Source: Amoebidium appalachense
Taxonomy: Eukaryota > Protista > Ichthyosporea
Assembly (NCBI GenBank): GCA_963693365.1
Contig: CAVNZM010000004.1
Location: forward strand, 2,440,389-2,504,388
Reading direction: 5' to 3'
DNA length: 64,000 bases
A program made the translations under genes and the position numbers. Shown one piece after another: positions 39,083-64,000 of the stretch (within the stretch, counting starts at the first letter, position 1; every line of letters begins with the position of its first letter). Below the pieces are notes generated by a model that was given only the letters and a program-made list of their open reading frames with translations, was not told the origin of the DNA and made no database searches.

Positions 39083-40254
39083 GGGGTGTGTGAGGAGTGC
39101 TGGCTGTGGCGATGGTGATGGCGAGTGTGTGTGCATGCGTGTGTTTGTTTTTGTTTTTGTTTGTGTCCGTGTGTGTTTGAGGGAGGGAGGGGGGAGGGAG
39201 GGGGGGGGAAGAGGGGGGGAGGGGGGGGAGGGAGGGAGCGTGGAGGATACTATGATAGAGCAAAATGATGCAAGTCGATATGCCCTTACCTGGCCCATAA
39301 GTGGAAAATCAGCAGTGGTACGATAGTGCAACGACATGTTGAACTGGGCCATGTGGCGTCTATCTCGCCAGCGTGGATAGTTAGCAGGGGACTCCAAGGA
39401 AAAGGCTATCCATTGTTGGCCTTTTGGCCGGCTATTGTATTGCGAACTTGAGATATGTTCCGGTGGATATACCACTGCGGCAGCCATCGCTTCTTTGCTG
39501 TAATCTTCGCCGAACACACACCTGTGTTTGCAGCCTGTGTGGGCAGGGGTTGTGAGCGGGACTGTATGTGTGTGTGCGAAAGGACGATTAAATGGATATA
39601 GAGGGATATTTTTCGACGTTTGTGCGAGGAAAGTGCTGTTAACGTTTGAGGGTTGGGAAGAGGTAGAAGAAGAAGACAACGAGAAAGAAGAATAAGAAGA
39701 ATCCAGGGAGAAAACGAGAAGCATTTCCCGAGGCTTTCAGTATAGGTAGGTATGGTGTTGCTTATGTGAGCTACATGCCCATCACGAACTGATGGTTTCA
39801 TTTCTGTCTTTGCAATATGTAAGCATATTAATTTGATTTTGTATAATGGCTGCTTCCGTGCTAAATAGGACTGGTTTAACAGGTGCGCTCACCGATTCTG
39901 CAATGTAAACATACAGCACCTCAAAAATTTCTTTGAAATGTGTGCAACCATTTAGTTTCACCAGGTGGTGCATTTTGTGCCCATCCACCCCGGATCGCTT
40001 TTTCTAAACCCACCTGTGTTTTCCCCTGTCGTAAAGTCCCACGTGTATCCACTCTTCGAAAGGATGTATACAGGCTCCTTGTAACTTACTCCGCCCTCCT
40101 CAACCTGCTGTTCTTTATTCCCATTTTCTTCCAACACAACTCCAACTCCACCCTCCAGGAAAAAGAAAAAATATGTTACAGCCAGGCAGAAAAAGAAGAA
40201 TGTTATTCGTACAGTGGCTTGGAGGTTAGTGATTCGTATCACTCTCCGTGCCAT
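37047..40254 (-). CDS. Alpha-1,3-fucosyltransferase (CAZy GT10), type II membrane protein
   Basis: N-terminal hydrophobic anchor (TFFFFCLAVTYFFFFL); RPKGQQWIAFSLESPANY...FNMSLHYRTTADFP (exon ending ~39290); SAVISNC...ASYG...FHFAAENSNCDDYHTEKVYQALRVGAVPVYMG (38582-38110, GT10 motif); TPADLAAHLLYLASNETAYMEYHAWR (~37284-37047). The 5' region 39750-39960 is frameshifted or has unresolved introns. Confidence 0.9.
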
Positions 40255-40946
40255 GCTGACTAACGCACCCTAAATATGGTGTCTTCGCAAGCTTTAATTT
40301 TGAGAACATCAGTTTTGTTGCACTTGCTTGTTATATAGCACCTAAAGACAAGGCATGGTGCCAACGATTTTTTCGGTACAAATCTTTCCAGAGGAGTACT
40401 TGAAACAATGCACTTCGTCGGTCCCAACCTAACACAGCAGCACACACACACAAGTAAGCCATGGCCTGAGGGACCACACGGGATACCGATGTTGCCTACA
40501 TGTACAGAAAATACATAGGTAGTGCTCACTGGTCAGTCACAAAATGCACTAACGGAGTTCGAAAGAGGCCCTGCATATGCATTCCAGCACAGATTCCATT
40601 GACGCCATGATTGCGCAAACCTGCATTTTAGCGGGAAAACCTGATCCACCCAGCCTTCCAGAGTTCCATGGATCCAGCAGCTCAGACTGAACTCAGTCAA
40701 ACGCAAGCACCATGCACTAACTGCATGCACCGACTAAAATCTTGTGGGGATAGCCGGGAAACTCCTGTAGCATTACGGTGAACGTCATATTCTCTACTTC
40801 ACTCCGCATATTGCAAGCTCAGTAACATTACCTTTTAGACTTGTGCCCTCGAAGGGGCTAAACTGGTTAACGCGTTGCAGAAAAGAAGCACTCTTCTTGT
40901 TTTACGAAATCGCTGCTTTCTTGTTTTCCCTCTTTTTTCCTTGAAG

Positions 40947-45833
<4,887 letters not shown>

Positions 45834-45975
45834 ATTTGCACCAATCAGGGTCAAAATCCTTTGTATGGTATGTTATTTTTAGTCTCTTATTATCTCCCTC
45901 CCTCCCTGTCCCCCCCCCCCCCCCCCTCCCTCCCCTCCCCCCTGTCCTCCCTCTTACTCTCCCTCTTCTTCCCCC

Positions 45976-46027
<52 letters not shown>

Positions 46028-46990
46028 CTCTCGCTCACTAACTCTATCTCTCGCTCGCTAACTCTCTTCTCTCTCTCCACTCCCCCCCCCTCCCCCCCTT
46101 CGCATGCTCTCTTCCCACTCCCCCGCCCCCTCCCTCCCCCCCCCCCCCCCCCCCCCCTTCGCATGATGTCAGAGTCTGGGCTCTCTCTCTCTCTCTCTCT
46201 ATCTATATCTCTCTCCCTTCCCCCCCCCCCCCCCCCCCCCCCCCCCTCCCCCCTCCCCCCTCCCTCCCCTCCCCTCTCCCTTCGCCCTCATGTTCCGCTC
46301 TACTCTTCCCCCCCCCCCCCCCCCCCTTTCTTTCCCTTTCCTCCCTCCCTCCCCATTCCCCCTACTCCCCCCCCCCCCCTCTCCCCCCCCCCCCCCCCCC
46401 CCTTTTTTTTTTTTTTTTTTTTTGGTGGTGGTGGTGGGGGGGGGGGGGGGGGGGGGGGAGCTTTGTATCGGCGTCCCGTTGCTTTCCGAGGTTTTAGACA
46501 CGGAGGCTGGCCGAATTCTAAGCAAGAAGGTACTTTTGAACGAATGTAAACCATACATGGCAGGTGACTTGCTGCATGCCTAGCCTTACACATGTACAAC
46601 CGAACCCCACAGTTGAATGGCATTGGAATGTAATTTGTAAATACAGAATCGGCCCATTCAAAAGCATAGAAGTTCCATGGGAAGACAGTCTGTGGGATTT
46701 GTGAGTTTAGCAGTGATGGCCTAAACCTCTTAATTAAAAACGCACGCACACATGCAGAAAGGCACATGTCTTCTTGATCAATGCACTGATATATGCACAC
46801 ACTATCATATTCTGATTCCAAAGTTGATTTGCATCACGTGAATGTTACAATGAATAATAATGTTGGGTAGAAATAGTATCTAATAGTAAACGTAAATCTC
46901 ACTTTAGTTTGATGACAACCGACAGGAGGCTTTTGTTGCTCTTTGAAAAATAAGTAGCATCAAGTGCAGGCTATTTTAATGACTACTAAG

Positions 46991-47034
<44 letters not shown>

Positions 47035-47269
47035 ATGCACAAACTGTAAACACACACATACATATACACATGCACCCACTGTACCTAATTTTTTCAATAT
47101 TTCTGTTCAAGAACATATCTACAGCGCTTCTCATGAGCAATATCGAGCCCCGACAAGTGTCCAGGGCTTGTAATTGTGCGATACTTAATAAAAACGCGTA
47201 TTTTGAGTTTTGTGACTGGACGGGCGTTTTTAGCTGGGCTTGCAGATCCCCAAGAACCCCTCCGTTACG

Positions 47270-47428
47270 ATAAGAAACTGTCCGTTACGATTGGCCAAAG
47301 AACAATACGGTTAAGCTGGCCAACCCCAGCCCAACCCTGATTCCAAAAAAAGCGGTCCGGCTTAACGATTGGCTTATTGTTCGTCTGAACATTGATTGGT
47401 TTTCTTCATCTGACTCCAGGTATATAAG
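47270..47428 (+). promoter_or_regulatory. Promoter of the secreted repeat gene
   Basis: TCCGTTACGAT twice, three ATTGG (reverse CCAAT) boxes, TATATAAG at 47421, ATG at 47507. Confidence 0.6.
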
Positions 47429-47506
47429 CTGCACTTCGTGGTGACACTTTCTCAGATCCACTCTGTGTAAGCATTTGTTAGTCCCAGGATCAGCAGGGGT
47501 GAGATA

Positions 47507-48813
47507 ATGGCTTCCCGAACTGCTACAGCACTCTACGTGCTACTTTTCGCTCTTTTAGCCACTCTCTCAACCGCGAGAAGTGTTGAATATGTAGAGCCAA
47601 CCCCATCCCCGTGCCCGGCCCAGTACTGCCATGCCAACCGGGTGTTGGTGGTCCGGGATGCACCCCTAGGCCTCCTGCCTTTGTCAGGAGCATGACCGTC
47701 ACAAACACGGGCACTGGTCCCCGCTAATGTTGTAGTCAGGTACAAGCGCACTGACGGCAAGACCGAGCAGGCAACAGCAACCATTACCGCTGGTGCCTCC
47801 CAGTTCTTCGCTGCCCGTGAGTACCAACTTGCTGGCGTCACTTTCACCAGTGTGATGGAGATCGTCAGTGTGCAGGTTAACCCCAGTGTTGGTGGTATAA
47901 TATTTTCCGCCCCGTTCCCTGGCGTTAACAGCATCACCGAGAACTACAAGCTTGAGGTCAAGGGTGGTAATTACGCCCCCATCCCCGGACCTGTTCCCGT
48001 GCCCGGGCCAGTATTGTGCGCATTTGGCGCCGGCCTAGTTGGTTGCGCAACTCCCACGTCCGTTAGGAGCATGACCATCACCAACACCGCCACCGCCCCC
48101 GCTAATGTCCAAGTCACGTACCGACGCACGGCAACAGAACCGAGCAAGCAACAGCAACCATTGCCGCTGGCGCTTCCCAGTTCTTTGCGGCCCGCCAGTA
48201 CCAACTTGATGGCGTTTCCTTCACCAGTGAGATGGAGATCGTCAGTGTGCAGGTTAGCTCCGGTTCCAGCGGTGTGCTGGTGCTTTCCGCCCCGTTCCCT
48301 GGCGTTAACGGCATCGATACCCAGAACTACATGTACAAGCTTGAGGTTAACGGTGGTGATTCCGCCCCTATGCCCGGACCTGCTCCCGTCCCAGTGCCCA
48401 AGCCTGCCCCATGTGTGGGCAACAGCCCTGGTTGCCGTCCCCCAACATACGTGAAGGGTGCCACTGTTTTTAACCGATCTGGCGTTCCCCTTCGCATCAT
48501 TGCTACCTACAGCTCGGCCGATGGCAAGAAGACCGAGCGTCAGGTGTCTGTTGTAGTTGCCGGCCAGTCTGTTGTGTTTGCACCGCTACACGTGATTGGC
48601 AGGCGGCTGGTGATTCGTTCAACCAGGTGCTGCCCTGGCCCAAATCACGGTTTCTGTCGACGGCCGGCATGCGTTCTCGTCGCCGGTCTCCTTGCTCCTT
48701 TTGGCCTCGAAGGAATTGTCGACAATGTGGACCTCATCGCAAGATTGCCCGGTGGACGTATTTCGCTTGCTCACGGCAAGCCAAGTTCTACTGTTGCCAC
48801 AAAGTCTTTTTAA
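47507..48813 (+). CDS. Intronless secreted protein with three ~110 aa beta-rich repeats and Pro-rich linkers (several frameshifts)
   Basis: Signal peptide MASRTATALYVLLFALLATLSTA. Repeats VRSMT(V/I)TNT...PANV...Y...TEQATATI.AGASQFFAAR.YQL.GV.FTS.MEIVSVQV...SAPFPGVN...NY..KLEV.GG are visible at DNA level. GC3-biased codons. Confidence 0.8.
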
Positions 48814-49461
48814 CATTATTGTATAGCAGTTGGACTGTTTGACATTGTATTGCCAATAGATTTGGCAATGATTTCACTAGATCTAGATTAGTCTTATTAT
48901 AATTTAGCATTAATGCCGCCACCGTTCAGCTCAGCTGTACATATAGGTTCATCATGATTTAGTATTTAACGGCTGGCACCGTTGTCACGAGTCGCCGTTG
49001 CAGCACAACCGTGACTAGTGACTTAGGACATAAATTTTTTGAGTTAAAGTCGTTTTTCCCCAAAAAATATGCAATCCAATTCTGCAGGCAACGTGATATC
49101 TGCGTGGTGTGTATGCGCGGTCTGGGCTCCAACTGCCCCAGGTTTCCCATGGCATGCACCACCGCCGCTAAAGGTGGTATAGAAAGGCTAAGTGTTCGGA
49201 GACTTTGTCGCATACTTGCAGCTGGCTGATAGTTATATCCGCACTATCCGTACAGTAAAACAACGTCGCACCACCGCAAACAGGCAATTTTTCAGTTCTT
49301 AGGTCTCAACAGATGATTGAATAAGACTTGTAGAGGTTGACCCGATGAAAGAGCACACACATGCAACACAAACACACGCAGGCATATATCCCTCCCTCCT
49401 CCTCCTCCCCCCCCCCCCCCCCTCCCCCTCCCCCCCCCCCCCCCCCCACACGCACATGCAC

Positions 49462-49510
<49 letters not shown>

Positions 49511-49637
49511 TCGCGCTCGTGCGTAAACTTCAGCACTTGTGCATTACAGCTTTAAAACCACGTATTATATGGATTTCTATGCGAATCCAGTGACCATGAG
49601 TTCGATTCCTTAAATATTTTTCCAACTAAGTTATTAA

Positions 49638-49677
<40 letters not shown>

Positions 49678-49713
49678 CGCGTAAATCGTGTCTGATTAAT
49701 TGTGTTTTTTGCA

Positions 49714-50396
49714 GGGTTCGGCAGTGTTGAGCTATTATGGCAGCTCGGTGGCGCAGACATGAATGACTTTGAGCCAATCCCAACACTCTATTTGAAGCCC
49801 ACCCAGGGCGCATTGGTGACCGATAACGTCCTCAGCAACTCAACAGATAAAAGTCTGATGGTAAAAACCTCACCCCTACCCACCCGCAGAAGGAGAAGCT
49901 CCCCTGTTTCCTTTTATGTTGCTATCTTCTGAGAATGGTTTATTCTAGCCAAAATTGATCGAACCAATCAAACTACACATATAAGATACTTGTTTATGAG
50001 TGGGGTGATTGGTGTATGTGAAAGTAAATGCAGTATATGAATGGGCAAAAGGTTGACCTATTCTCCTTGCACGTGAGAAATGAGGGTGGTGAGGTGGGGG
50101 AGAGAAAGATGGGGGTGGGCGGGCGGGGGGAGAGGGGGGGGGGGAGAGAGGGGAGGGCATGGAGCACGGAAAACAAACCTACAGGAACACGTACAATTCA
50201 ACAGTATGGATGTTCCATTTGCACATCAGTATGCATGTACAGTCGTCTTGTTGTTAATTTAGGTGTTGTTTGATTTTTATTTTCTGTTTTTTGTTTATTT
50301 ATTCATCTATCTATTTTTTGATGATATTATTTGATATAAAACCTTTTTATTTTATTTTATTTTTTTCTTTCTCTCTCACGCTTTTTTTTTTTTTTT

Positions 50397-50441
<45 letters not shown>

Positions 50442-50717
50442 GGTGTTGGTGGTGGTTGGGGGAATAGGGAGGAGGGAGGAGGGGGGGGGGAGTGGTGGGG
50501 AGGGAGGAAGGGGGGGGGGGGGGGGGGGGGAGGGGAGTGATAAAATAATCATATGGGCAAGAGTCGGGAGGATTTAGAAAGGTTTGTTCAAACTGACGGG
50601 GCGTTTTTGCAGGTGAGCGAAGGCACCAAGGGGCAGGTCGGGTTTGGATACGTCCGAATGATCACAAACACGTGCTCACCGTGCGGGTTGGTTTTCAGCG
50701 CCCAGTGTATGAATTAG
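49714..50717 (+). pseudogene. Two-exon 3' gene fragment resembling the end of a PA14 domain
   Basis: TTTGCAG|GFGSVELLWQLGGADMNDFEPIPTLYL...KSLM|GTAAA (49714-49860) in phase with TTTGCAG|VSEGTKGQVGFGYVRMIT...stop (from 50613); no intact upstream exon found. Confidence 0.4.
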
Positions 50718-50891
50718 CTTGTATTACTATGATGTTCGTGCGATAACGATTTTATGATGCTTAATTACGGCCAGCGCTATCTGAAATTTTAATAATCTGA
50801 GTTTCTGATCATGCGCTCTTTCAAGCCCTGTTAACTTGATTACCGCAACTAAAAAAGGGAACAAAAATACGAATCACTCACTTCAAGCCAG

Positions 50892-50922
<31 letters not shown>

Positions 50923-51210
50923 CCCTTTCCCCTGTCTTATTGTCCGCCAGCCCACCCCCCTGCCCACCCACCCATCTGCTGACGAAACATCACCAAATAC
51001 GGACCTCTCTTAGTCATACATTCGAGAGAGCACACAAACACAGAAATCAAAAACGAAAGATAACAAAATAGACTCAAAAACAAAAGATAACCCACACACA
51101 CCGGTGCACAAGCGTACACCATCACCACCCCCATTCAAAAACAAAGAAGAAAAAATTAAAACATAATATCGAATCTACCGATGTGCGAGCAGTATCAAGA
51201 GTCTGAAAGG

Positions 51211-51660
51211 CTAAAACTTCACCACCTTAACCGGTTTTGCCTTTGGTTTCGGGGCAGCAAAAACAACACTCTCACTTCTATCCTCAAGAGGCGCCACTTC
51301 CGCACTTTTCGGTTTTGCATATGGATGTGACCCCCCCATACGTGCTTCCCTGTTCTTATTCACGGCCTTAAACCCCCCCTTTTTCGTTTTTACGGTTCTT
51401 TCAACCTCATCCTCCCTCTGATTTTCCAGATCATCGTCATCCTCCACTGATTCATGTGTGTCCCTAGTGCTGAGCCGGATGGATGTCTCCTCTGTGAACA
51501 TACCACATCATCAGTTAATGGCCCAGCCAAACTGATGTATGTACATGTGCTCACATCCATTTATTTCCGGCTTCGCAAAAATTCGCTGACAACTGCCCTC
51601 CCCCCCCCCCACCCAATATCTACCATCCGTTTCCCGGCTTCGCAGAGCTTGGCCGACAAG

Positions 51661-51696
<36 letters not shown>

Positions 51697-51863
51697 CCGC
51701 ATGATGTTAAGAAAGCAAAAACCACCGACTCTCTACTAGGCCATTCTTCCTGGGCCCCCGACGTGCGGAGCCTAGGGTTGGCCCTCCGACAGGTTCATCT
51801 TAGCTTTACAGGCGCGCATGTGGTGATGTTTGCATGCAAGTTGGGCACTCGGCAGTGGCATGG

Positions 51864-51904
<41 letters not shown>

Positions 51905-52612
51905 GGGGGGGAGGGAGGGGGTGGAAGGAGGAGGAGGGGGGAAAGCAGGCATACCTTTCTGGCGGTTATTTTCAGGACAGTTTTGTTTCAAGTGCTCGAC
52001 CGACCCACACATTCCACAGGAGCCCCCTGCCACGACATACACGTGCCCATCAGTAAACTCAGTTTGCACCCAAAACTCTCGCCTTCATCCCATCTTATTA
52101 TCTTGGTGCCAGCGTCTCCCTATTGAACTCAAAAAGACATCGAACTTAGCAAAGATAAAATACCAACACCCTCTTCTCCGCCACCAACCAACAAACTTAG
52201 CCCGCTCAATATCCGACACGACCCAACGAAACCAAGATCTCCCCCCCCCCCCCCCCCCCCCCCCGCGCAAAAGGGTCCAGATAAGGATGGAATCTGCCGA
52301 TGTTGCATGTCGAGTGTAAACTGGGTGACGTTCTTGGATGTACTTGCACTTCCTATCGGCTTGTACATGAAAAATCCTTGCTACACAATAGCGAACGCTC
52401 TGTGATACCAGTCGCTAGTATTGGCATTGTGGCTGTATACAGGTATCTGTGTGTGCATGCGTACCATATTGGGAGGTTAACTCGCAAGTATATGTTAGTG
52501 TTGTGTTTCTGTACGTGCAATGTTGCGAGTGTGGAGATATTAGGCTTGTTAATCTGTACATCCCTCCCCCCCCTCCCCCCACACCCACACCCACCCGCCC
52601 TTCTCTGTCACC

Positions 52613-52649
<37 letters not shown>

Positions 52650-52854
52650 CGCTTGCACCTGTGTGTGGAAAACAAGCGCCCTTCAGTTGCAGTATGTCAC
52701 AACACTTGCGGAATCAGGCAAGGTGTTCGGGGGTGTGAATTAGGGGGATTGGGACGAACCTTTTGGGTAGAGACCACGGGGGTTGTCCGGACACGACCGG
52801 GTCAAGTGGCCCTTCTCTTTGCAAATAAAGCACACTGCAAAAGGAAATTCGGGG

Positions 52855-52891
<37 letters not shown>

Positions 52892-53406
52892 TGTCCCCGA
52901 GATTTAGCCAACAATTTAGTTGATCAAGCAATAGTGCCGGAGAAAATTCAAAATCAGATGTCCACATTTGACACTTACAGAGGGCCCAAGAGGCAAGTTG
53001 CCAGTGCATAACTAAACCCCTGTCCAACACTCCCACAAGACCTTCCCCCTCCTCCTCCACCACCACCACGAAAAAAACGGGGGCAAATAAATGCACCATC
53101 GAGGTTCCCTGCCCAGGCCTTTAAAAGAGTCTTGTCAGCACTGTGTGCCAAACCTCCTCTGCCCCCTCCTCCTCCCTCCCCCCCCCCCCCCCCCCCTCTC
53201 TCCAACCCTCCCCTTCGTTCCGACATGCCCTCCGCTCCAGCCTCCACCCATCCCCCCCCTCCCCCCTTCTCTCTTACCCTCGTTCCGACCTTCCTTACAA
53301 ACTCTGGCTTACACCCTCTCCCCCACCAGCCCACTCTCTTCCCTCCCTGACACAGACAAGCATCCAGACAGTCGTGCGTTATCACACGGGATCCTTACAC
53401 CCTTAG

Positions 53407-53437
<31 letters not shown>

Positions 53438-53753
53438 TTCATCTCCCCCGCACAAGCAAACAAAATGACGAGGGTGGGAGGTGAGCGGCCCAGGTATAGA
53501 TGGCGAGGCAATATCACAACAAGTCAAAATGAGGCCTCCCTATGCCCCCAAACCTCCCTATCGCCTGGCCTTACAGAGCACACCATCCGCCTGCTTACCG
53601 TTTGGATCGACCTTTTTCCTGCACCCGGCAGTTTTGTGTTGTGTGGACCCACACTTGTAGCAGATCCCTGTGACTGTGCCTTTCACTTGGGGGCATTCGG
53701 TGATCACGTGCCCACGGGCACGGCAACCAAGGCAGGTCTGTGGGTGTGTTTGC

Positions 53754-53798
<45 letters not shown>

Positions 53799-54287
53799 GG
53801 AAGGGGAGGGGGTGGAGGAGTGTGTGTGAGGGTGTAGGGGAGGGAGATAGGGGGTGGGACAGAGGGGGGGGGGGGGGGGGGGGGGGGGGATTGTTTGTGT
53901 GTGTGCATGTGTACAGGCCCTGGCATGCAAATGGACATTTATATACACAATCGTCTCCTAGTGGACTTGGTCCCTTTTGCGAGCAGCGCAGGGGGGGGGG
54001 GGGGGGGGGGGGGGGGAGAGGGAGGGGGGAAGGGGGAGGGGAAGAAGGGGGGGAAGGGGGGGGGGGGGGAGGGGGGAAAGGGAAGCAGGGAAGGGATGAG
54101 CTGGGAGAAAGGCTATATGAGTTCGGTGTCACAGTGTGCAAGTAAAGAAACGAAATAACCCAAAAAGCAGGACGATGGCTCGGAGAAGGAGGTTTTGTGT
54201 TGGAAGGTCGCAGAGCAAGCCGAGGTGGACAGTAGGGCGAGAAAGAGATCACGTGCATACATGTGTTTGGAACTCAACAAGACACGC

Positions 54288-54337
<50 letters not shown>

Positions 54338-54631
54338 AGGGTACACAAACCTGCACAGAATAGAGTTTTTTTTTTTTTTTTTTTTTTGGGGGGGGGGGGG
54401 GGGGGAGGGGTAAATCTAAAGTATGATTGCCCAAGTAGGTTACTTTTGGTAGCTTGTGTAAGTGTGTGTAACGGACAAGTAGCTGCGCAAGCTTGTGCTA
54501 AAGTCTGCAGGGGGCAAGAACCAAGGGAGAAATAGCAAGGTGACAAAAACGAATGTTAAAGGTGCACAGGAGGTGGGAAGGCTGGCTATCTCCAAACCAT
54601 CTTCCACTAACTGTCACAACCATCTCATCCG

Positions 54632-54662
<31 letters not shown>

Positions 54663-55359
54663 TTTCCCCGCGCCCCCATCCCCCCTGCCCGACCTCAAAC
54701 CTCCCAATCTTCACCTCAGCAACCACAATATTACCCTCCTAAATTCACCGGTTTTCACATGTGCCCCCCCCCCCCCCCCCCCTCCCGCCTTCCCCCCCCC
54801 CCCCCCCCCCCCCCCCCGCCTTTCCCCCCCCCCTTCCCCCCCCCCCCCCCCTCCCCCCCCGCCTCTCCACAACAAAAAAAGGGAGGGTTTCGACATGATC
54901 CCCAAATAGTGTGCCACTTGCCTTGTGTCTGTTGCGCCTGTTCTTCCTCTGTTCTCTCCTCTTCAACAGCCTCTCCTTTTCCTTCTCTTTATCAGCCTCC
55001 TTCTTGCTCTTCTTCTCCTCCTTGCTCTGTTTGCCATCTTGCGTTGCATCACCCTCAACACCCTCCCCGTCCTCTGTGTTTTCGGCTGCCTTCTTCTTCT
55101 TCTTGTTCTTCTTCTTCTTCTTCTTTTTCTTCTCACCTTCCCCTGCACCTGTACCTTCCACTTTTTCTTCCCCATCCTTCTCTCCCTCGCCTTCCTCTCC
55201 CTCCCCTTCTACCTCTTCTACCTTCTCCTCCTCTCCTTCGGAGTCCTGCTCCTTCACTTCATCACCTTCTTTCCAATCATACTTGATCCCCTTTTTTAAT
55301 TCAGACCAGGGAGTGGCCTCTAAGGCCTTCGTACGCCCCATACGTGCAAACCGAGTCAT
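51211..55359 (-). CDS. ZCCHC9: Zinc finger CCHC domain-containing protein 9 (four zinc knuckles), 5 exons
   Basis: MTRFAR...EATPWSELK, acidic/Lys tract, RLLKRREQR (55359-54922); CLGCRARGHVITEC...GICYKCGSTQH (53737-53599); FPFAVCFICKEKGHLTRSCPDNPRGLYP (52855-52760); GSCGMCGSVEHLKQNCP (~52027-51954); final exon ending KVVKF*. Confidence 0.92.
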
Positions 55360-55743
55360 CTTGCTGTGCTTCCAAAAAATTACTTAGAAACGAAAGGAAA
55401 GTTTCCAATAGGACAAGAAACAGAAACTCTCTCACATGATCAGCTCCGCCTGTACAGCCTGTGCACGTGTACTTTGCAGCCGTTGTGGCTCTTGAAACAG
55501 CCAATCAAGTACACAACATTTAGCTTTATATGGTAAACCCGCGAAACATATCCAATCAGTGCTCAGGAAAATCATGTAGGTCTGCCGGCCCCGGGGCTGC
55601 TGCTCAGTTCTGTTTGCGCTGGAGTCTGCGCGGGAGCAGGCCGCTCTACTACTAAACAAACAACAACCAACAACAACAACCCCTTTGTTGCTCCCTTTGT
55701 ACCCCTACAAGTGCTTTGTGCTATAAGAACTCTAAGTACAAAC

Positions 55744-64000
<8,257 letters not shown>

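Noticed and set aside
30042-40254. Acetyltransferase plus fucosyltransferase as a glycan biosynthesis cluster
   Set aside because: Only two convergent genes, with different predicted compartments (cytosol versus Golgi) and unrelated neighbours

Overview
Gene-dense, intron-rich eukaryotic nuclear DNA. The gene set (CCDC93, TTC19, ZCCHC9, SETD6-like) is compatible with a unicellular holozoan or other protist, but that is inference. Almost all ORFs in the supplied track are artefacts of poly-G/poly-C and (CA)n/(GT)n tracts that fill the introns. Manual exon assembly with GT/GC-AG phase checks gives, in order: CCDC93 (-), RPLP2 (+), TTC19-like (-), a ~3.4 kb TA-flanked terminal-inverted-repeat element, maltose O-acetyltransferase (+), GT10 alpha-1,3-fucosyltransferase (-), HAUS8/QWRF-like (+), an intronless secreted three-repeat protein of unknown family (+), a PA14-like fragment (+), ZCCHC9 (-) and a SETD6-like methyltransferase (+, running off the end). 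The most notable observations are an unclassified ~170 bp dispersed repeat that is always preceded by poly-G and shows a G-run at four stages of expansion, the TIR element, splice acceptors where (CA)n replaces the polypyrimidine tract, and a polarised CnAn/TnGn homopolymer pattern. Single-base frameshifts in conserved genes suggest an unpolished long-read assembly, so homopolymer lengths and frameshifts should be treated with caution.
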